Assembly (NCBI GenBank): GCA_964430565.1
Contig: CAYSFD010000016.1
Span: forward strand, 14,902-78,901
Direction: 5' to 3'
Length of the DNA: 64,000 nucleotides
Origin: an uncultured Enterobacteriaceae bacterium
GTDB taxonomy: Bacteria; Pseudomonadota; Gammaproteobacteria; Burkholderiales; SG8-39
The stretch's first letter is position 1. Each line of letters begins with the position of its first letter. The translations under genes and the position numbers were made by a program. Shown piece after piece: positions 9,316 to 19,667 of the stretch. The notes under the pieces are model-generated. The model was given only the letters and a program-made list of their open reading frames with translations, made no database searches and was not told where the DNA came from.

Positions 9316-10290
9316 ATGAGATTTGCCTGCATTCTTCTACCGACGCTCCTTTCGGCATGCGGGGCGGCTGCTCTTGCCCAATCGCCCGCCGACTATCCCA
9401 GCCGCACGATCCGCATCGTCGTGCCGCTCGCGGCGGGCGGCAACGTTGATTTGGTCGCGCGCGCACTCGCCGATCGGCTCGCCAAGACCCTTGGCCAACC
9501 CGTCCTCGTCGAAAACCGTCCCGGTGCCTCCAGCCTGGTCGGCACGCAGTTCGTCGCAAAATCGCCTGCCGACGGCTACACGCTGCTCGCGATGGCGAAC
9601 ACCTTCGCCACCGTGCCCCTGGTCGTGCCCAACCCTGGGTACGACCCGCTGAAGGACTTCGCCGGCATCACGCTGACCTGCCTTGTGCCGCAGGTGATCA
9701 TCGTGAATCCCGCTCTTCCCGCGCAGTCGGTTCGCGAGCTGATCGCCCTAGCAAAAGCGCAGCCCGGAAGGATCTCCTATGGGACCTCGGGAAACGGGTC
9801 CACCGGCCACATGGCGGCAGAGTTGCTCAACCGCCAGGCGGGCGTAACGATGCTGCACGTTCCGTACAAGGGCAATTCGCAGGCGCTCGTCGACCTGATC
9901 GGCGGCCAGATTGCGATGATGTTCGACCAGGTGAGCACCTCCGCGCCGCAGGTTAAAGCGGGCAAGGTACGCGCCCTCGCCGTGACCAGCCTGAAGCGCT
10001 CGCCGCTCCTTCCCGAGGTGCCCACGGTCGATGAGTCAGGCGTGCCGGGCTACGAAGACATCACCTTCAACGGGCTGGTCGCGCCGGCGGGAACCGCGCG
10101 AGAGATTCTCGTGCGCCTGAACCGCGCGGTGGCCGAGGCCGTGAGCGCACCGGACCTGTACCAGCGCTTCATCGAGCGCGGCGTGGAGTTGACCGCAAGC
10201 GCGTCACCGGACGCGTTCACCGAGCACATCAAGGCGGAGTTCGAGAAGAAGGGCCGGCTCGCGCGCGAGGCCGGGATCAGGTCGGAGTAG
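9316..10290 (+). CDS. Bug-family (TctC-like) periplasmic substrate-binding protein
   Basis: In-frame ATG at 9316 of ORF 9094..10290. Signal peptide MRFACILLPTLLSACGAAALAQ. Motifs YPSRTIRIVVP, ENRPGAS, VPYKG. Confidence 0.9.
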   Translation: MRFACILLPTLLSACGAAALAQSPADYPSRTIRIVVPLAAGGNVDLVARALADRLAKTLGQPVLVENRPGASSLVGTQFVAKSPADGYTLLAMANTFATVPLVVPNPGYDPLKDFAGITLTCLVPQVIIVNPALPAQSVRELIALAKAQPGRISYGTSGNGSTGHMAAELLNRQAGVTMLHVPYKGNSQALVDLIGGQIAMMFDQVSTSAPQVKAGKVRALAVTSLKRSPLLPEVPTVDESGVPGYEDITFNGLVAPAGTAREILVRLNRAVAEAVSAPDLYQRFIERGVELTASASPDAFTEHIKAEFEKKGRLAREAGIRSE

Positions 10291-10325
10291 GCCCTCACCC
10301 TAGCCCTCTCGCCGAAGGGAGAGGG
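10291..10325. repeat. REP-like hairpin element (ccctctc/gagaggg family)
   Basis: gccctcaccctagccctctcgccgaagggagaggg. The same core (ctcaccc-agccctctc-ccg-agggagaggg) recurs at 16585..16668. Confidence 0.65.
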
Positions 10326-10334
10326 AAACTGAGC

Positions 10335-11207
10335 ATGTCATCGCACGCGGAAGCCCATCCCGACTTCCAGTCGCCGCCCTCCGGCTGCGACAGCCACTTT
10401 CACGTGTTCGGAGCCGCGGAGCGCTATCCGTGCAACCAATCGGACCTGCGCTATGCGCCGCCGCACGCGCCGGTCGAGGATTTTCTGGCGCTCGCGCGAG
10501 GGCTCGGCCTGGAGCGCTTCGTTTTCGTGCAGCCGAGCGCCTACGGAAAAGACAACCGTTGCATGCTGGATGCGATGCGCGAGGTCGGGACGGGAAAATG
10601 CCGCGGCATCGTCGATATCGATGAGAACCTGCCCGACTCCGAGCTATCGCGCCTGCACGAGGCGGGCGTGCGTGGCGTGCGCATCAACGTGCCGCCCGTG
10701 AAAGTTTACGAGGCGGGGTTCGCCGCGACACTGCTGCCGCGCATCGAGCGCCTCTCCGCGCGCTGTCGCGAGATTGGCTGGCAGCTCGACTTCCTCACGC
10801 CCGGCTGGTTGACCGCCGAACTGATGCCGACGCTGCGAAGCTTGAACCTTGATTTCACCATCGCCCATTTCGGGCTCTTCCCGGCGAAAGATGGGGTGAG
10901 CCAGCCGGGGTTTCAGCAGTTGCTCGGACTGCTCCGGCACGGCGAGCGGCGCTGCTGGATCAAGCTCACCGGAATCTATCGCATGTCGGTCGCCAAGGAC
11001 TTCGCCGACGTCGCGCCGATGGCGCGCGCCTTGATCGAGGCGGCGCCCGACCGGATCATCTGGGGAAGCGACTATCCCCACCTTTCCTTCGCCGACAAAG
11101 TCGGCTCGGTCGATCTGTGGAACCTGCTCGGAAAATGGGCGCCGGATGAGGCGACGCGGCGCAGGATCCTTGTTGACAATCCGCAGCGGCTTTTCAAGTT
11201 CTCATAG
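10335..11207 (+). CDS. amidohydrolase-2 family protein (LigI / 2-pyrone-4,6-dicarboxylate lactonase-like)
   Basis: 290-aa ORF. Carries CDSHFHVF (metal/HxH-type start of a TIM-barrel hydrolase), VFVQPS, and IIWGSDYPH near the C-terminus. Confidence 0.8.
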   Translation: MSSHAEAHPDFQSPPSGCDSHFHVFGAAERYPCNQSDLRYAPPHAPVEDFLALARGLGLERFVFVQPSAYGKDNRCMLDAMREVGTGKCRGIVDIDENLPDSELSRLHEAGVRGVRINVPPVKVYEAGFAATLLPRIERLSARCREIGWQLDFLTPGWLTAELMPTLRSLNLDFTIAHFGLFPAKDGVSQPGFQQLLGLLRHGERRCWIKLTGIYRMSVAKDFADVAPMARALIEAAPDRIIWGSDYPHLSFADKVGSVDLWNLLGKWAPDEATRRRILVDNPQRLFKFS

Positions 11208-11286
11208 CGACTTCGCCCATGATGAAGCGACTGCAGCGCTGGGCAATCGACTACAGATTCTGATCTCCGGACGGCGTTCCTTGCGT

Positions 11287-11541
11287 TCAGTCGGAGCCAT
11301 CGTCCGACCAGCGCCGGCGAGGTCCTGGATAGTCGTATTCCTCCGGCGAGTCCGCGCTCGCCTCTTCTTCAATCTCCTCGAACTTGTCCATTTCCTGCAG
11401 CAGCGCTTGCAGCCGCAACTCGGCGGCGGAATCCCGTTCGGTTTGACCGGACAATCGTTTGACGAGCGCCGACGCGCCCGTGTAGTCGCGCTTCGTCTTG
11501 ATCGGCCGCGCGCTCCCGTTGGGTTTTCTTGATTTGGTCAT
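11287..11541 (-). CDS. hypothetical small acidic protein (84 aa)
   Basis: ORF 11287..11541. The segment PIKTKRDYTGASALVKRL...ELRLQALLQEMDKFE resembles the N-terminal (non-HTH) segment of HigA-type antitoxins, but no HTH or toxin partner is present. Confidence 0.4.
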   Translation of the reverse strand: MTKSRKPNGSARPIKTKRDYTGASALVKRLSGQTERDSAAELRLQALLQEMDKFEEIEEEASADSPEEYDYPGPRRRWSDDGSD

Positions 11542-11759
11542 GGCTGCGCTCCCTCGGGCTCAAGTTCGCGATAGTGTAAGCCCTGCCCCGAAATCTGTGC
11601 GGGTCGAGTGCATCCGCTCCCGACGAGCTATCGTGAAGCTTCGAACCCGCTGCTCGCACCCGGGCGAAGGCGCTTGACCGGTGGACCCCGCGGAAGCATG
11701 ATCCGCCATCGCGCCCACAACGTGGGCCGCGAGACGGCAAGGGCCGGACAGGGGATCAC

Positions 11760-13388
11760 ATGACGCCCCAGATTCAGAGCAAGCAGGTTGAGCCCCCGCG
11801 CGATACCGATTCGCGGGAGCGCTCCTGGCTGGTATTCCGGCTCGGCCCGCACGTCATGTGCGCTTCCGCGCTCGACGTCGAGGGCATCATCGAACGCCCG
11901 AGAAGGATCACGGCATTCCCCGTCATGCCCGAGTACGCGCTCGGCGCCTTTCTGTTCCGGGACCACTCCGCGACCGCGATCAGCTTGCGCAGGAAACTGA
12001 AGGTCCGGGACGGCGAGGACTCCGCAAAGGGCCCCTTCATCGCGGCGCGCATCCGCGACGCCATCGTCGCGTTTTGGGTCGATGAAGTGAAGGACGTGAT
12101 CGAGGAGAAGGATACCGCGTGGCAGCCGATGCCGGAGATGCTCGCAGGCGGACTGTTCGACCGGTTTACGATCCGTGAGGGGGAACTCATCCTGCACACG
12201 AGCTTTGCGGCGCTGCTGGAGGCCACGGTCGAGATTCAATCGGTCGCCCGCTGGGCCGCGGCCCAGACCGATTCCGGCGTTACGCCCGTCCCTGCCCCAG
12301 CGTTGCGTGCGGCTGCTCCGGAAACAGCCCCGCCTCTCGTCGGCGAAACGGCCGCCGTTGGCGCCGCCGACTCGGACGCGCACAAGCGGCGTGCCGAAGC
12401 GCTTCCTACGGGCGCTGCTGCGCCGGATAGAACACCGCAGATCGTCGAGACATCATCCGCTCGCACCGTTACGGTGGGACCCGGAGCGGGGGCCGACGCT
12501 CAGGACAAAGATGCCGACCGCGCCGGTGATGGCGCGGCGGCCACTCGTCCCCCGCCCGGAGTCGAGATGGATTCGAGCGTCGCGCCTGCAACCGCCGAAG
12601 CGAAGGCGCTCGCCGCCGCCGCCGATGTTCCCGGCAGCGTCGACGTCCACGAAATCCGGCGATCCGACTCCGCCCGCGAGGCTCCCTTCGAATCCGCAGC
12701 GACTGCAGCGGACCCAGCAGCGAGCGAAGCTTCGGGCCCTGGAGGGCATCGACAAACCTATCCTCGACACCCGTACTCGGGTGCGACAGGGACCACCTCC
12801 GTTTCGCCGCGAACGGGCGTGCGCCCGGCCACGACGGGGAATACCGCGCTTGAGGACTTGAGCACGGTCACCTCGCGCAATATTTTTGAAGCCGACCGCG
12901 AGCCGCGTTCCTCGACGCGATACTGGGTCGGCGGCGCGGTGCTGGCGATCGCGCTGTTGGCGGTGATGCTGTACGCATTTTCGCCGGGTTTTCTCGGCGA
13001 TGCGGGGCCACCCATTGCGTCGGCGCCGCCCACAACGAGCACCGTGCCCGCTGCCGCGTCACCAAAGCCTGAGCCCGCTACCCGGCAAATCGTCTCGATC
13101 AAGTCCGAGGCGCTGACGCTGACGGTCGAGCGCCCTGCCGGCAACGACGCTCAACCGGCCGCCGCGAATCCCGTTGCAGCGGCAAGCGCCGCGCCATCGC
13201 GGCCGGCAGACCCGAACACTCGCACGCACGTCGTCGTGCGCGGCGACACGCTGTGGGACATCGCGAAAAAGCATGTCGGCGATCCCTACCGCTATCCGGA
13301 GCTGGCGGAGTTCAGCAATATCCGCAACCCAGACCTGATTTACCCGGGCGACATCGTGCGCATCGAGATTCGAGACAATCGCAAGTAG
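11760..13388 (+). CDS. CheW-like domain / transmembrane / LysM domain fusion protein
   Basis: N-terminus (WLVFRLGPHVMCASALDVEGII...AFWVDEVKDVI...ELILHTSFAALL) is CheW-like. A long Ala/Pro-rich linker follows. One TM (YWVGGAVLAIALLAVMLYAF). C-terminal LysM (HVVVRGDTLWDIAKKHVGDPYRYPELAEFSNIRNPDLIYPGDIVRI). Confidence 0.75.
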   Translation: MTPQIQSKQVEPPRDTDSRERSWLVFRLGPHVMCASALDVEGIIERPRRITAFPVMPEYALGAFLFRDHSATAISLRRKLKVRDGEDSAKGPFIAARIRDAIVAFWVDEVKDVIEEKDTAWQPMPEMLAGGLFDRFTIREGELILHTSFAALLEATVEIQSVARWAAAQTDSGVTPVPAPALRAAAPETAPPLVGETAAVGAADSDAHKRRAEALPTGAAAPDRTPQIVETSSARTVTVGPGAGADAQDKDADRAGDGAAATRPPPGVEMDSSVAPATAEAKALAAAADVPGSVDVHEIRRSDSAREAPFESAATAADPAASEASGPGGHRQTYPRHPYSGATGTTSVSPRTGVRPATTGNTALEDLSTVTSRNIFEADREPRSSTRYWVGGAVLAIALLAVMLYAFSPGFLGDAGPPIASAPPTTSTVPAAASPKPEPATRQIVSIKSEALTLTVERPAGNDAQPAAANPVAAASAAPSRPADPNTRTHVVVRGDTLWDIAKKHVGDPYRYPELAEFSNIRNPDLIYPGDIVRIEIRDNRK

Positions 13389-13406
13389 GATCGCCGGTTC
13401 CGCCCA

Positions 13407-15425
13407 GTGCATAAGCTCTTCCACTACTCCTGGATCGCGGGCCTGCTGATAATAGGCGCGGCGGTCATCGCGCTCTCGCTGCTCTACCGGCAGCTCGTGT
13501 TCGATTCCTTGATCGAGGGCGAGACGCGCTCCAACGTGGCGCTCACCCGATCGTTCGCGAACTCGATCTGGCCGGATCACGCGGAATTCATTCTGCGGGC
13601 TTCAAGAGTGCCGCCGGAAGAGCTTGCCTCGCGCCCGGAAATCCAGCGGATCGATCGCGACTTGCGTTCGATGATGAGCGGTCTGACCGTGGTCAAGGTC
13701 AAGATCTACGATGCCAAGGGCCTTACCGTTTTTTCCACCGACCGGCGCCAGATCGGCGAGGACAAGTCCGGCAACCCCGGATACCTGAGCGCCCGAAGCG
13801 GCACCCCGGCGAGCGATATCACCTACCGCGACCGGTTCGACGCCTGGGAAGGCGTGATCTCGGACCGTAACATTATCGCGACCTATGTTCCCGTGCGCGC
13901 GCAGAACGGTGCGCAGGTCGCTGCGGTGATGGAGGTCTACAGCGACGTCACTCACCTGGTCGAAAAGATGGAGCGCAGCCAGTGGAAGATCCTCGCCGGC
14001 GTGCTCGGCAGCTTGCTGGCGATCTACGCCCTGATACTCGGGATACTGCTGAGGTACCGCAAGCTCTTTAACGAGCAGGAGACCGCGCGTTTGGCGCAGG
14101 AAGAGCGCATTCGTCACCAGGCGTACCACGACGCCCTGACCGGATTGCCGAACCGCGCCAGCTTCGCCGAGCATCTCGAAGAGGCCGTTCGGCGCGCGCG
14201 CCGAACGGGATGGACACTCGGCGTGATGTTTCTGGACCTCGACCATTTCAAGCTAATCAATGACAGCCTCGGCCACGACGCGGGCGACCAGCTGCTGCGC
14301 GTCGCCACCGCGCGTATCCAACGCTCCGTAAGAGACACCGACATGCTGTTCCGGATGGGGGGCGACGAGTTCACAGTCTTGCTCGAAAGCGTTCGCGGAC
14401 CGGAGGAAACCGCGGCGGTCGCCCAGAGAATCATCGAAGCGATCGCGGAACCGGTCCAGCTCCAGCAGCATGAGATCGGGGTCACCACCAGCATCGGCAT
14501 GTCCTTGTTCCCGAGGGACGATCCCTCGGGTGTACGGCTTGTGAAGAGCGCCGACACCGCCATGTACCGCGCGAAGGAGCTTGGACGCAACCGTTTCGAG
14601 TTCTTCACGGCGGAGATGAATCAGCGCGTGGAGAACCAGCTCTTGCTGGGAGCGGCGCTTCGGCGCGCGGTGAAAGCCGGGGAATTCGTGCTCCATTTCC
14701 AGCCACGGGTAAGCGCGGCGGAGCGAAAGGTCGTCGGGGTCGAGGCGCTCCTGCGCTGGCAACACCCGCAGCGGGGTCTGGTTCCACCGGCCGATTTCAT
14801 TCCGCTGCTCGAGGAAACAGACCTGATTATTCCGGTCGGCGACTGGGTGCTTCGAACTGCATGCCGGCAAGCCCGAGAGTGGCAGGAGCACGGCCTGTCG
14901 TTGCGCGTATCGGTGAATATTTCATCGCGACAGTTTCGGAGCGAATCGCTCGTCGACACGGTCGCAGCGGCGCTGCAATCAAGCGCCCTCGCGCCGGAGT
15001 TCCTCGAGCTGGAATTGACCGAGAGCCTGCTGGTCGAGAACGCCGAGCGCGCGATCTCGATCATGACGCGCCTCAAGAAACTGGGCGTGACGCTGTCAAT
15101 CGACGACTTCGGCACGGGGTATTCGTCATTAGGGTATCTCCGGCAGTTCCCGATCGATTTTCTCAAGGTGGACCGGGTGTTTATCCGGGACGTGGACAAG
15201 AACGCCAAGGACGCGGCCATCGTGCGGGCGATTTCGGCGCTGGCGCGAAGCCTCGGTATCGGTTTCGTCGCCGAAGGGGTCGAGGAGGCCGGCCAGGCGG
15301 AGTATCTCGAGACCTGCGACTGCGCCGAGATGCAGGGATACCTGTTCGGCCGTCCCGTTCCGGCGGAGGAGCTTCCGGAAATCGTGTCGCGGTTCGGGCC
15401 GCAGGCGATGCGGCTGAGGGCATGA
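13407..15425 (+). CDS. membrane sensor GGDEF-EAL protein (c-di-GMP turnover)
   Basis: GTG start 19 nt after the previous gene. Two TMs flank a Cache/PDC-like periplasmic segment. GGDEF domain ([11 protein letters not shown]). EAL domain ([21 protein letters not shown]). Confidence 0.9.
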   Translation: MHKLFHYSWIAGLLIIGAAVIALSLLYRQLVFDSLIEGETRSNVALTRSFANSIWPDHAEFILRASRVPPEELASRPEIQRIDRDLRSMMSGLTVVKVKIYDAKGLTVFSTDRRQIGEDKSGNPGYLSARSGTPASDITYRDRFDAWEGVISDRNIIATYVPVRAQNGAQVAAVMEVYSDVTHLVEKMERSQWKILAGVLGSLLAIYALILGILLRYRKLFNEQETARLAQEERIRHQAYHDALTGLPNRASFAEHLEEAVRRARRTGWTLGVMFLDLDHFKLINDSLGHDAGDQLLRVATARIQRSVRDTDMLFRMGGDEFTVLLESVRGPEETAAVAQRIIEAIAEPVQLQQHEIGVTTSIGMSLFPRDDPSGVRLVKSADTAMYRAKELGRNRFEFFTAEMNQRVENQLLLGAALRRAVKAGEFVLHFQPRVSAAERKVVGVEALLRWQHPQRGLVPPADFIPLLEETDLIIPVGDWVLRTACRQAREWQEHGLSLRVSVNISSRQFRSESLVDTVAAALQSSALAPEFLELELTESLLVENAERAISIMTRLKKLGVTLSIDDFGTGYSSLGYLRQFPIDFLKVDRVFIRDVDKNAKDAAIVRAISALARSLGIGFVAEGVEEAGQAEYLETCDCAEMQGYLFGRPVPAEELPEIVSRFGPQAMRLRA

Positions 15426-15561
15426 ACGGTGACGCCGCGGACGCGCGTCTGGCCGGACGCCGCCCGATACGGTAGGCTATGCGGCCTGAAGTAAAAGTTT
15501 CAGAGCGCCACGCCGCCGCTGGTGTGACGCGCCAATGATCCGATTACAAGGGAGACCCGCC

Positions 15562-16584
15562 ATGCATTCCGCACTTCGCATCGCTCTTGCCGCCTTTGCC
15601 GCGCTCGCCGCGGGCGCCGCGGCGGCTCAAGTCACACTCAACGCGAGCTCGTGGGTGCCCCCCGGACATCCAGTCACGGCCAACATGCTGGTGCCGCTGT
15701 GCGAGGACATCGCGAAGGTGACCTCGGGACGCGTGAAGTGCAACGTGCTTCCCAAACCGCCGGTCGCGGCGCCGCAGACGTTCGACGGGGTGGCGAACGG
15801 CCTGATGGATCTGTCCTTCACCTCGCACGGCTACACGCCGGGACGCTTCGCGCTGACCGAGGCGCCGGAATTTCCCTTCATGGGCGACACCGCCGAAGTC
15901 ACCGCCGTAGCCTACCAGCGCATCTACGCTCGCATGCTCGCCAAGTCGGACGAGCACAAGGGCGTGGTCGTGCTCGGAGTATTCACCCACGGCCCCGGCC
16001 AGATGTTCAACACCAAGCGCGCGATCACCGCGCTGAAGGATCTCGAGGGACTGAAGATCCGCGTCGGCGGAGGCGTCGTCACCGACGTCGCCAAGGCGCT
16101 CGGCGCCGTGCCCATCCTCAAGCCCGCTCCCGAGTCCTACGAGCTGCTCTCCTCGGGCGTTGCCGACGGGGTGTTCTTTCCGAAGGAGGCCCCGGCCTCG
16201 TTCAAGTTCATCCCCTTGATCAAGCACATGACCGTCATCCCGGGGGGGCTGTACAACACGAGCTTCGTGTGGATGGCGAATCCTGCCAAATGGAACTCGA
16301 TCTCGCAAGCCGACCGCAATCTCATCCAGCCTCTGCTCGGGGAGGCCCTCGCCCGCCGCTCCGGGCGCGCTTGGGACACGGCCGACGTGAAGGGGTTCGC
16401 CGCCATGAAGGAAGCAAACGTCCCCATGGTCACTGCGAGTCCACAGTTGATGGCGGACATCCGGGCGAAGACCGCAGGCCTCGAGAACGAGTGGATCGAA
16501 AAGAAAGCCAAGCCCAAAGGCGTGGACGGCGCTGCGGTGCTGAAGGCGTTGCGCGCCGAGATTGCGGCGCTGCAGAAGAAGTAA
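15562..16584 (+). CDS. dctP: TRAP transporter substrate-binding protein (DctP family)
   Basis: ATG at 15562 (MHSALRIALAAFAALAAGAAAAQ signal peptide) within ORF 15535..16584. Followed directly by DctQ- and DctM-type genes. Confidence 0.85.
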   Translation: MHSALRIALAAFAALAAGAAAAQVTLNASSWVPPGHPVTANMLVPLCEDIAKVTSGRVKCNVLPKPPVAAPQTFDGVANGLMDLSFTSHGYTPGRFALTEAPEFPFMGDTAEVTAVAYQRIYARMLAKSDEHKGVVVLGVFTHGPGQMFNTKRAITALKDLEGLKIRVGGGVVTDVAKALGAVPILKPAPESYELLSSGVADGVFFPKEAPASFKFIPLIKHMTVIPGGLYNTSFVWMANPAKWNSISQADRNLIQPLLGEALARRSGRAWDTADVKGFAAMKEANVPMVTASPQLMADIRAKTAGLENEWIEKKAKPKGVDGAAVLKALRAEIAALQKK

Positions 16585-16668
16585 GGCTTCTCCCTCACCC
16601 CAGCCCTCTCCCGCAGGGAGAGGGGGTTTCTCCCTTCTCCCCCCGGGAGAAGGGTCGGGGATGAGGGA
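16585..16668. repeat. REP-like nested hairpin element between dctP and dctQ
   Basis: tccctcacccc...ggggatgaggga is the outer stem. Two inner hairpins are enclosed: ccctctc/gagaggg and tctccc/gggaga. The candidate dctQ ATG (16661) lies inside the outer stem. Confidence 0.65.
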
Positions 16669-17188
16669 AAAACTCCGGATGGAATCCCCCCAGCCCCTGG
16701 ATCGATTCGATCGCATCGTCGTTCCCGTCCTGGGATACGTCGCAGCGGCAGTGATGTTCAGTCTGATGCTGCTCACCTGCGTGGACGTGATCGGGCGTTA
16801 CTTCCTCAACAAGCCGATCTGGGGCGGGTTCGAACTCACCGAGATGCTGCTCGCCGCGCTCATCTTCGCCGGACTGCCCCTCGTGACGCTGAGGAACGAG
16901 CATGTCGTGGTCGACCTCTTCGATGCGGTCACGCCGGACTGGCTGTTCCGGATCCAGCACGTCGCCGCGTGCGCGATCGGCTGCGTGTGTACTGGCTATC
17001 TCGCCTGGCGCCTCTGGCTGCGCGCCGAGGCCCTCGACCGCGCGGGCGAGACCACCTCGCAGCTGCAGTTCAAGATCGCCTGGCTCACTTACTCGATGAG
17101 CATCCTGATGGCTTTCACCGCCGTGGCGCTCGCGATTCTCGCGTTCCGGCGTACGCGCCGCCACTTCGTCGCGGACGGCGGCGCGTGA
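16661..17188 (+). CDS. dctQ: TRAP transporter small permease (DctQ family)
   Basis: Four hydrophobic helices and the typical VDVIGRYFLNKPIWGGFELTE segment. Alternative Met at 16679. The upstream part of ORF 16562..17188 is REP sequence. Confidence 0.8.
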   Translation: MREKLRMESPQPLDRFDRIVVPVLGYVAAAVMFSLMLLTCVDVIGRYFLNKPIWGGFELTEMLLAALIFAGLPLVTLRNEHVVVDLFDAVTPDWLFRIQHVAACAIGCVCTGYLAWRLWLRAEALDRAGETTSQLQFKIAWLTYSMSILMAFTAVALAILAFRRTRRHFVADGGA

Positions 17189-18477
17189 CCGAGGCGCTCC
17201 TCGGGTTCGCCGCCTTTCTCGCGCTCGCTTTCCTGCGGGTGCCGATGGCCTTTGCCATGGGCATCGTCGGCTTCTTCGGCTTCGCGTACAAAGTGAATTT
17301 CGGCGCCGCGGCTTCGATGATCGGGCAGACGACCTACGAGACCGGCCTTTCGTACACGCTGTCGGTGATTCCGCTCTTCATCCTCATGGGCAATTTCGTG
17401 GTGCGGGCGCGGATGTCCGAGGAGCTCTACCACGCAGCCTACACCTTCCTCGGGCACAGGCGCGGCGGCCTGGCGATGTCCACCATCGTCGCGAGCGCGG
17501 GCTTCGGCTCGATCTGCGGCTCCTCGATCGCCACCGCGGCGACCTTCGCCAAAGTAGCCTACCCCTCGATGCGCAAGTTCGGCTACAAGGACTCCCTAGC
17601 GGCCGGCGCCATCGCGGGCGGCGGCACGCTCGGCATCCTGATCCCGCCCTCGGTGATCATGGTGATCTACGGCGTCATGACCGAGACCAGCATCGGCAAG
17701 GTGTTCGTCGCCGGCATCCTGCCCGGTATCGTCGCGACGCTGCTGCTGTGCCTCGCGGTCGCGTGGATCACCTGGCGCGATCCCAAGGCGGGCCCGCCCG
17801 GGAAGCACAGCTCCTGGCCCGAACGGCTCGAGGCGATCAGGCACGTCTGGCCGGTGCTGCTGCTGTTCGTGCTGGTGATCGGCGGGATCTACGGCGGCGT
17901 GTTCACCGCGACCGAGGGCGCGGGCATCGGCGCGGGCGGCGCGTTCCTGTTCGCGCTCGCGCGCCGAGCGCTGTCGTGGCGCGTGCTTGTCGAGGTACTG
18001 ATCGAGAGCGTACGCACCACGTCGATGCTTTTCATGATTCTGATCGGCGCGCTGATCTTCGCCAACTTCATCAACTACACGACGATGCCGGCGGACCTGA
18101 AGGGCTTCGTCACCCAGTTCCAGGTGCACCCGATCCTGGTGATCGTGGCGATCTGCGCAATCTACGTCGTGCTCGGGACGGCGATGGAGGAGCTGTCGAT
18201 GATCCTGCTCACCGTGCCGGTGCTCTTCCCGGTTGTCGTCTCACTCGGCTTCGACCCGGTCTGGTTCGGGATCATCGTCGTCATCGTCGTCCAGATCGGC
18301 CTCATCAGCCCGCCGGTCGGCATGAACATCTTCGTCGTGAAGAGCCTGCTGCGCCATCTGACGATTGGCACCGTGTTCCGCGGCGTGACCCCCTTCACCG
18401 TGGCGCTCATCGCGCTGCTCGCGATCGTCGTCGCGTTCCCGCCGCTCGCGACGTACCTGCCGGGGTTCATGAAGTGA
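17185..18477 (+). CDS. dctM: TRAP transporter large permease (DctM family)
   Basis: GTG at 17185 overlaps the dctQ TGA (GTGA). Polytopic, with DctM-like segments GSICGSSIATAATF and GILIPPS. Confidence 0.85.
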   Translation: MTEALLGFAAFLALAFLRVPMAFAMGIVGFFGFAYKVNFGAAASMIGQTTYETGLSYTLSVIPLFILMGNFVVRARMSEELYHAAYTFLGHRRGGLAMSTIVASAGFGSICGSSIATAATFAKVAYPSMRKFGYKDSLAAGAIAGGGTLGILIPPSVIMVIYGVMTETSIGKVFVAGILPGIVATLLLCLAVAWITWRDPKAGPPGKHSSWPERLEAIRHVWPVLLLFVLVIGGIYGGVFTATEGAGIGAGGAFLFALARRALSWRVLVEVLIESVRTTSMLFMILIGALIFANFINYTTMPADLKGFVTQFQVHPILVIVAICAIYVVLGTAMEELSMILLTVPVLFPVVVSLGFDPVWFGIIVVIVVQIGLISPPVGMNIFVVKSLLRHLTIGTVFRGVTPFTVALIALLAIVVAFPPLATYLPGFMK

Positions 18478-18497
18478 TCGCCTGGCGCCGTCGCGTC

Positions 18498-19667
18498 TCA
18501 GCGGCAGTCCTCCGCAAACTCGCGCCGCCGGTAATTGCCGCCGCCGTCCGACAGCGATTCCAGAAACGCAACCAAGTCCTCGGTTTCCCCCTCGGTCAGC
18601 TTGAGCGGCTTCAAGATCGCCTCGCCGTCGGAGTGCAGCCGATCGGGACTGATTTCCGAATAATGTTTTACGACATCGCGCAGGGTCGCGAGGCTGCCGT
18701 TGTGCATGTAGGGCGCGGTGAGCGCGAGATTCCTCAAGGACGGCACCTTGAACTCGCCGAAGTTGCGGTGCTCGAGCGCGACGTGGCGCGTGCCGGTGGC
18801 GCTCGAGCGCTTGGCGTCGTCGTTGTAGGGTCCGAGCAGGTTCATGCGGTTCGAGAGCAGCCGCTTGATGCCGCCGTGCCGCCCTGCATCCACCTGCCCG
18901 GGCCGGATGAAGAACGGAATTCCGGTATCGTGGAACTCACCGTTGGTGAACGAAGGCCCAGCGTGGCACATATTGCACGAGCCCTTGCCGATGAAGATGC
19001 GCAAGCCCCGCTGCGCCGGCTCCGGATAGCGCGCCGCCGCAATCTTGTCACCGCGCGCGAGCGCATCGCGAAATTCATCGAACGCGGTGCGGCCGCTTGT
19101 CAGAGTCTCCTGGAACGCAGCGAGCGCCTTAGCGACGTCTACCAGCACTTTCTCGTCCTCTGCGGCGGGCGCCGAGCCGAAGGCCCTGCTATAGCGGCAG
19201 GCAAGGTCGCGATCGCCGCGCAGGAGCTTGGCCGCGTGCGCCGCGCTCCCCCCAAGTTCTCGCGGGTCGAGAACCGGTCGGACACTCTGCGACCACAGGC
19301 TGTCGTTCGCGCCGTCCCAGCCGAACCAGCGCTGGGTGCGCGCGTTGGTGACGCTCGGCGTGTTCCGGTCCACTTCATCGATCCCGACGGCTCGCGCGAG
19401 ACCGTCGCTCCAGTTGCGCTCGGGCAGGTGGCAGCGCGAGCATGAGACTTCGCCGTTCCCGGAGAGGCGCCGGTCGAAGAAGAGCCGCTCGCCCAATTCG
19501 ATCGCCTGCGCGTTCCCCGAAACCCGGTTGCTCGGATCGCGCGTCCATGGCGCCGGCCAGGGCCCGTGCGAGAGGATAGCGCGCGCTTCCGCTTCGGTGA
19601 ATGAAGGAGAAGCCCCCTCCGCAGCGGTCGCCGCCGCGAGGATGAGAAGGACGAAACCCCGCTTCAC
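18498..19667 (-). CDS. di-haem cytochrome c peroxidase / MauG family protein
   Basis: GTG at 19667 (VKRGFVLLILAAATAA signal) overlaps the upstream stop. Two haem motifs, CSRCH and CNMCH. Also FGWDGANDSLW and APYMHNGSLATL. Confidence 0.85.
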   Translation of the reverse strand: MKRGFVLLILAAATAAEGASPSFTEAEARAILSHGPWPAPWTRDPSNRVSGNAQAIELGERLFFDRRLSGNGEVSCSRCHLPERNWSDGLARAVGIDEVDRNTPSVTNARTQRWFGWDGANDSLWSQSVRPVLDPRELGGSAAHAAKLLRGDRDLACRYSRAFGSAPAAEDEKVLVDVAKALAAFQETLTSGRTAFDEFRDALARGDKIAAARYPEPAQRGLRIFIGKGSCNMCHAGPSFTNGEFHDTGIPFFIRPGQVDAGRHGGIKRLLSNRMNLLGPYNDDAKRSSATGTRHVALEHRNFGEFKVPSLRNLALTAPYMHNGSLATLRDVVKHYSEISPDRLHSDGEAILKPLKLTEGETEDLVAFLESLSDGGGNYRRREFAEDCR

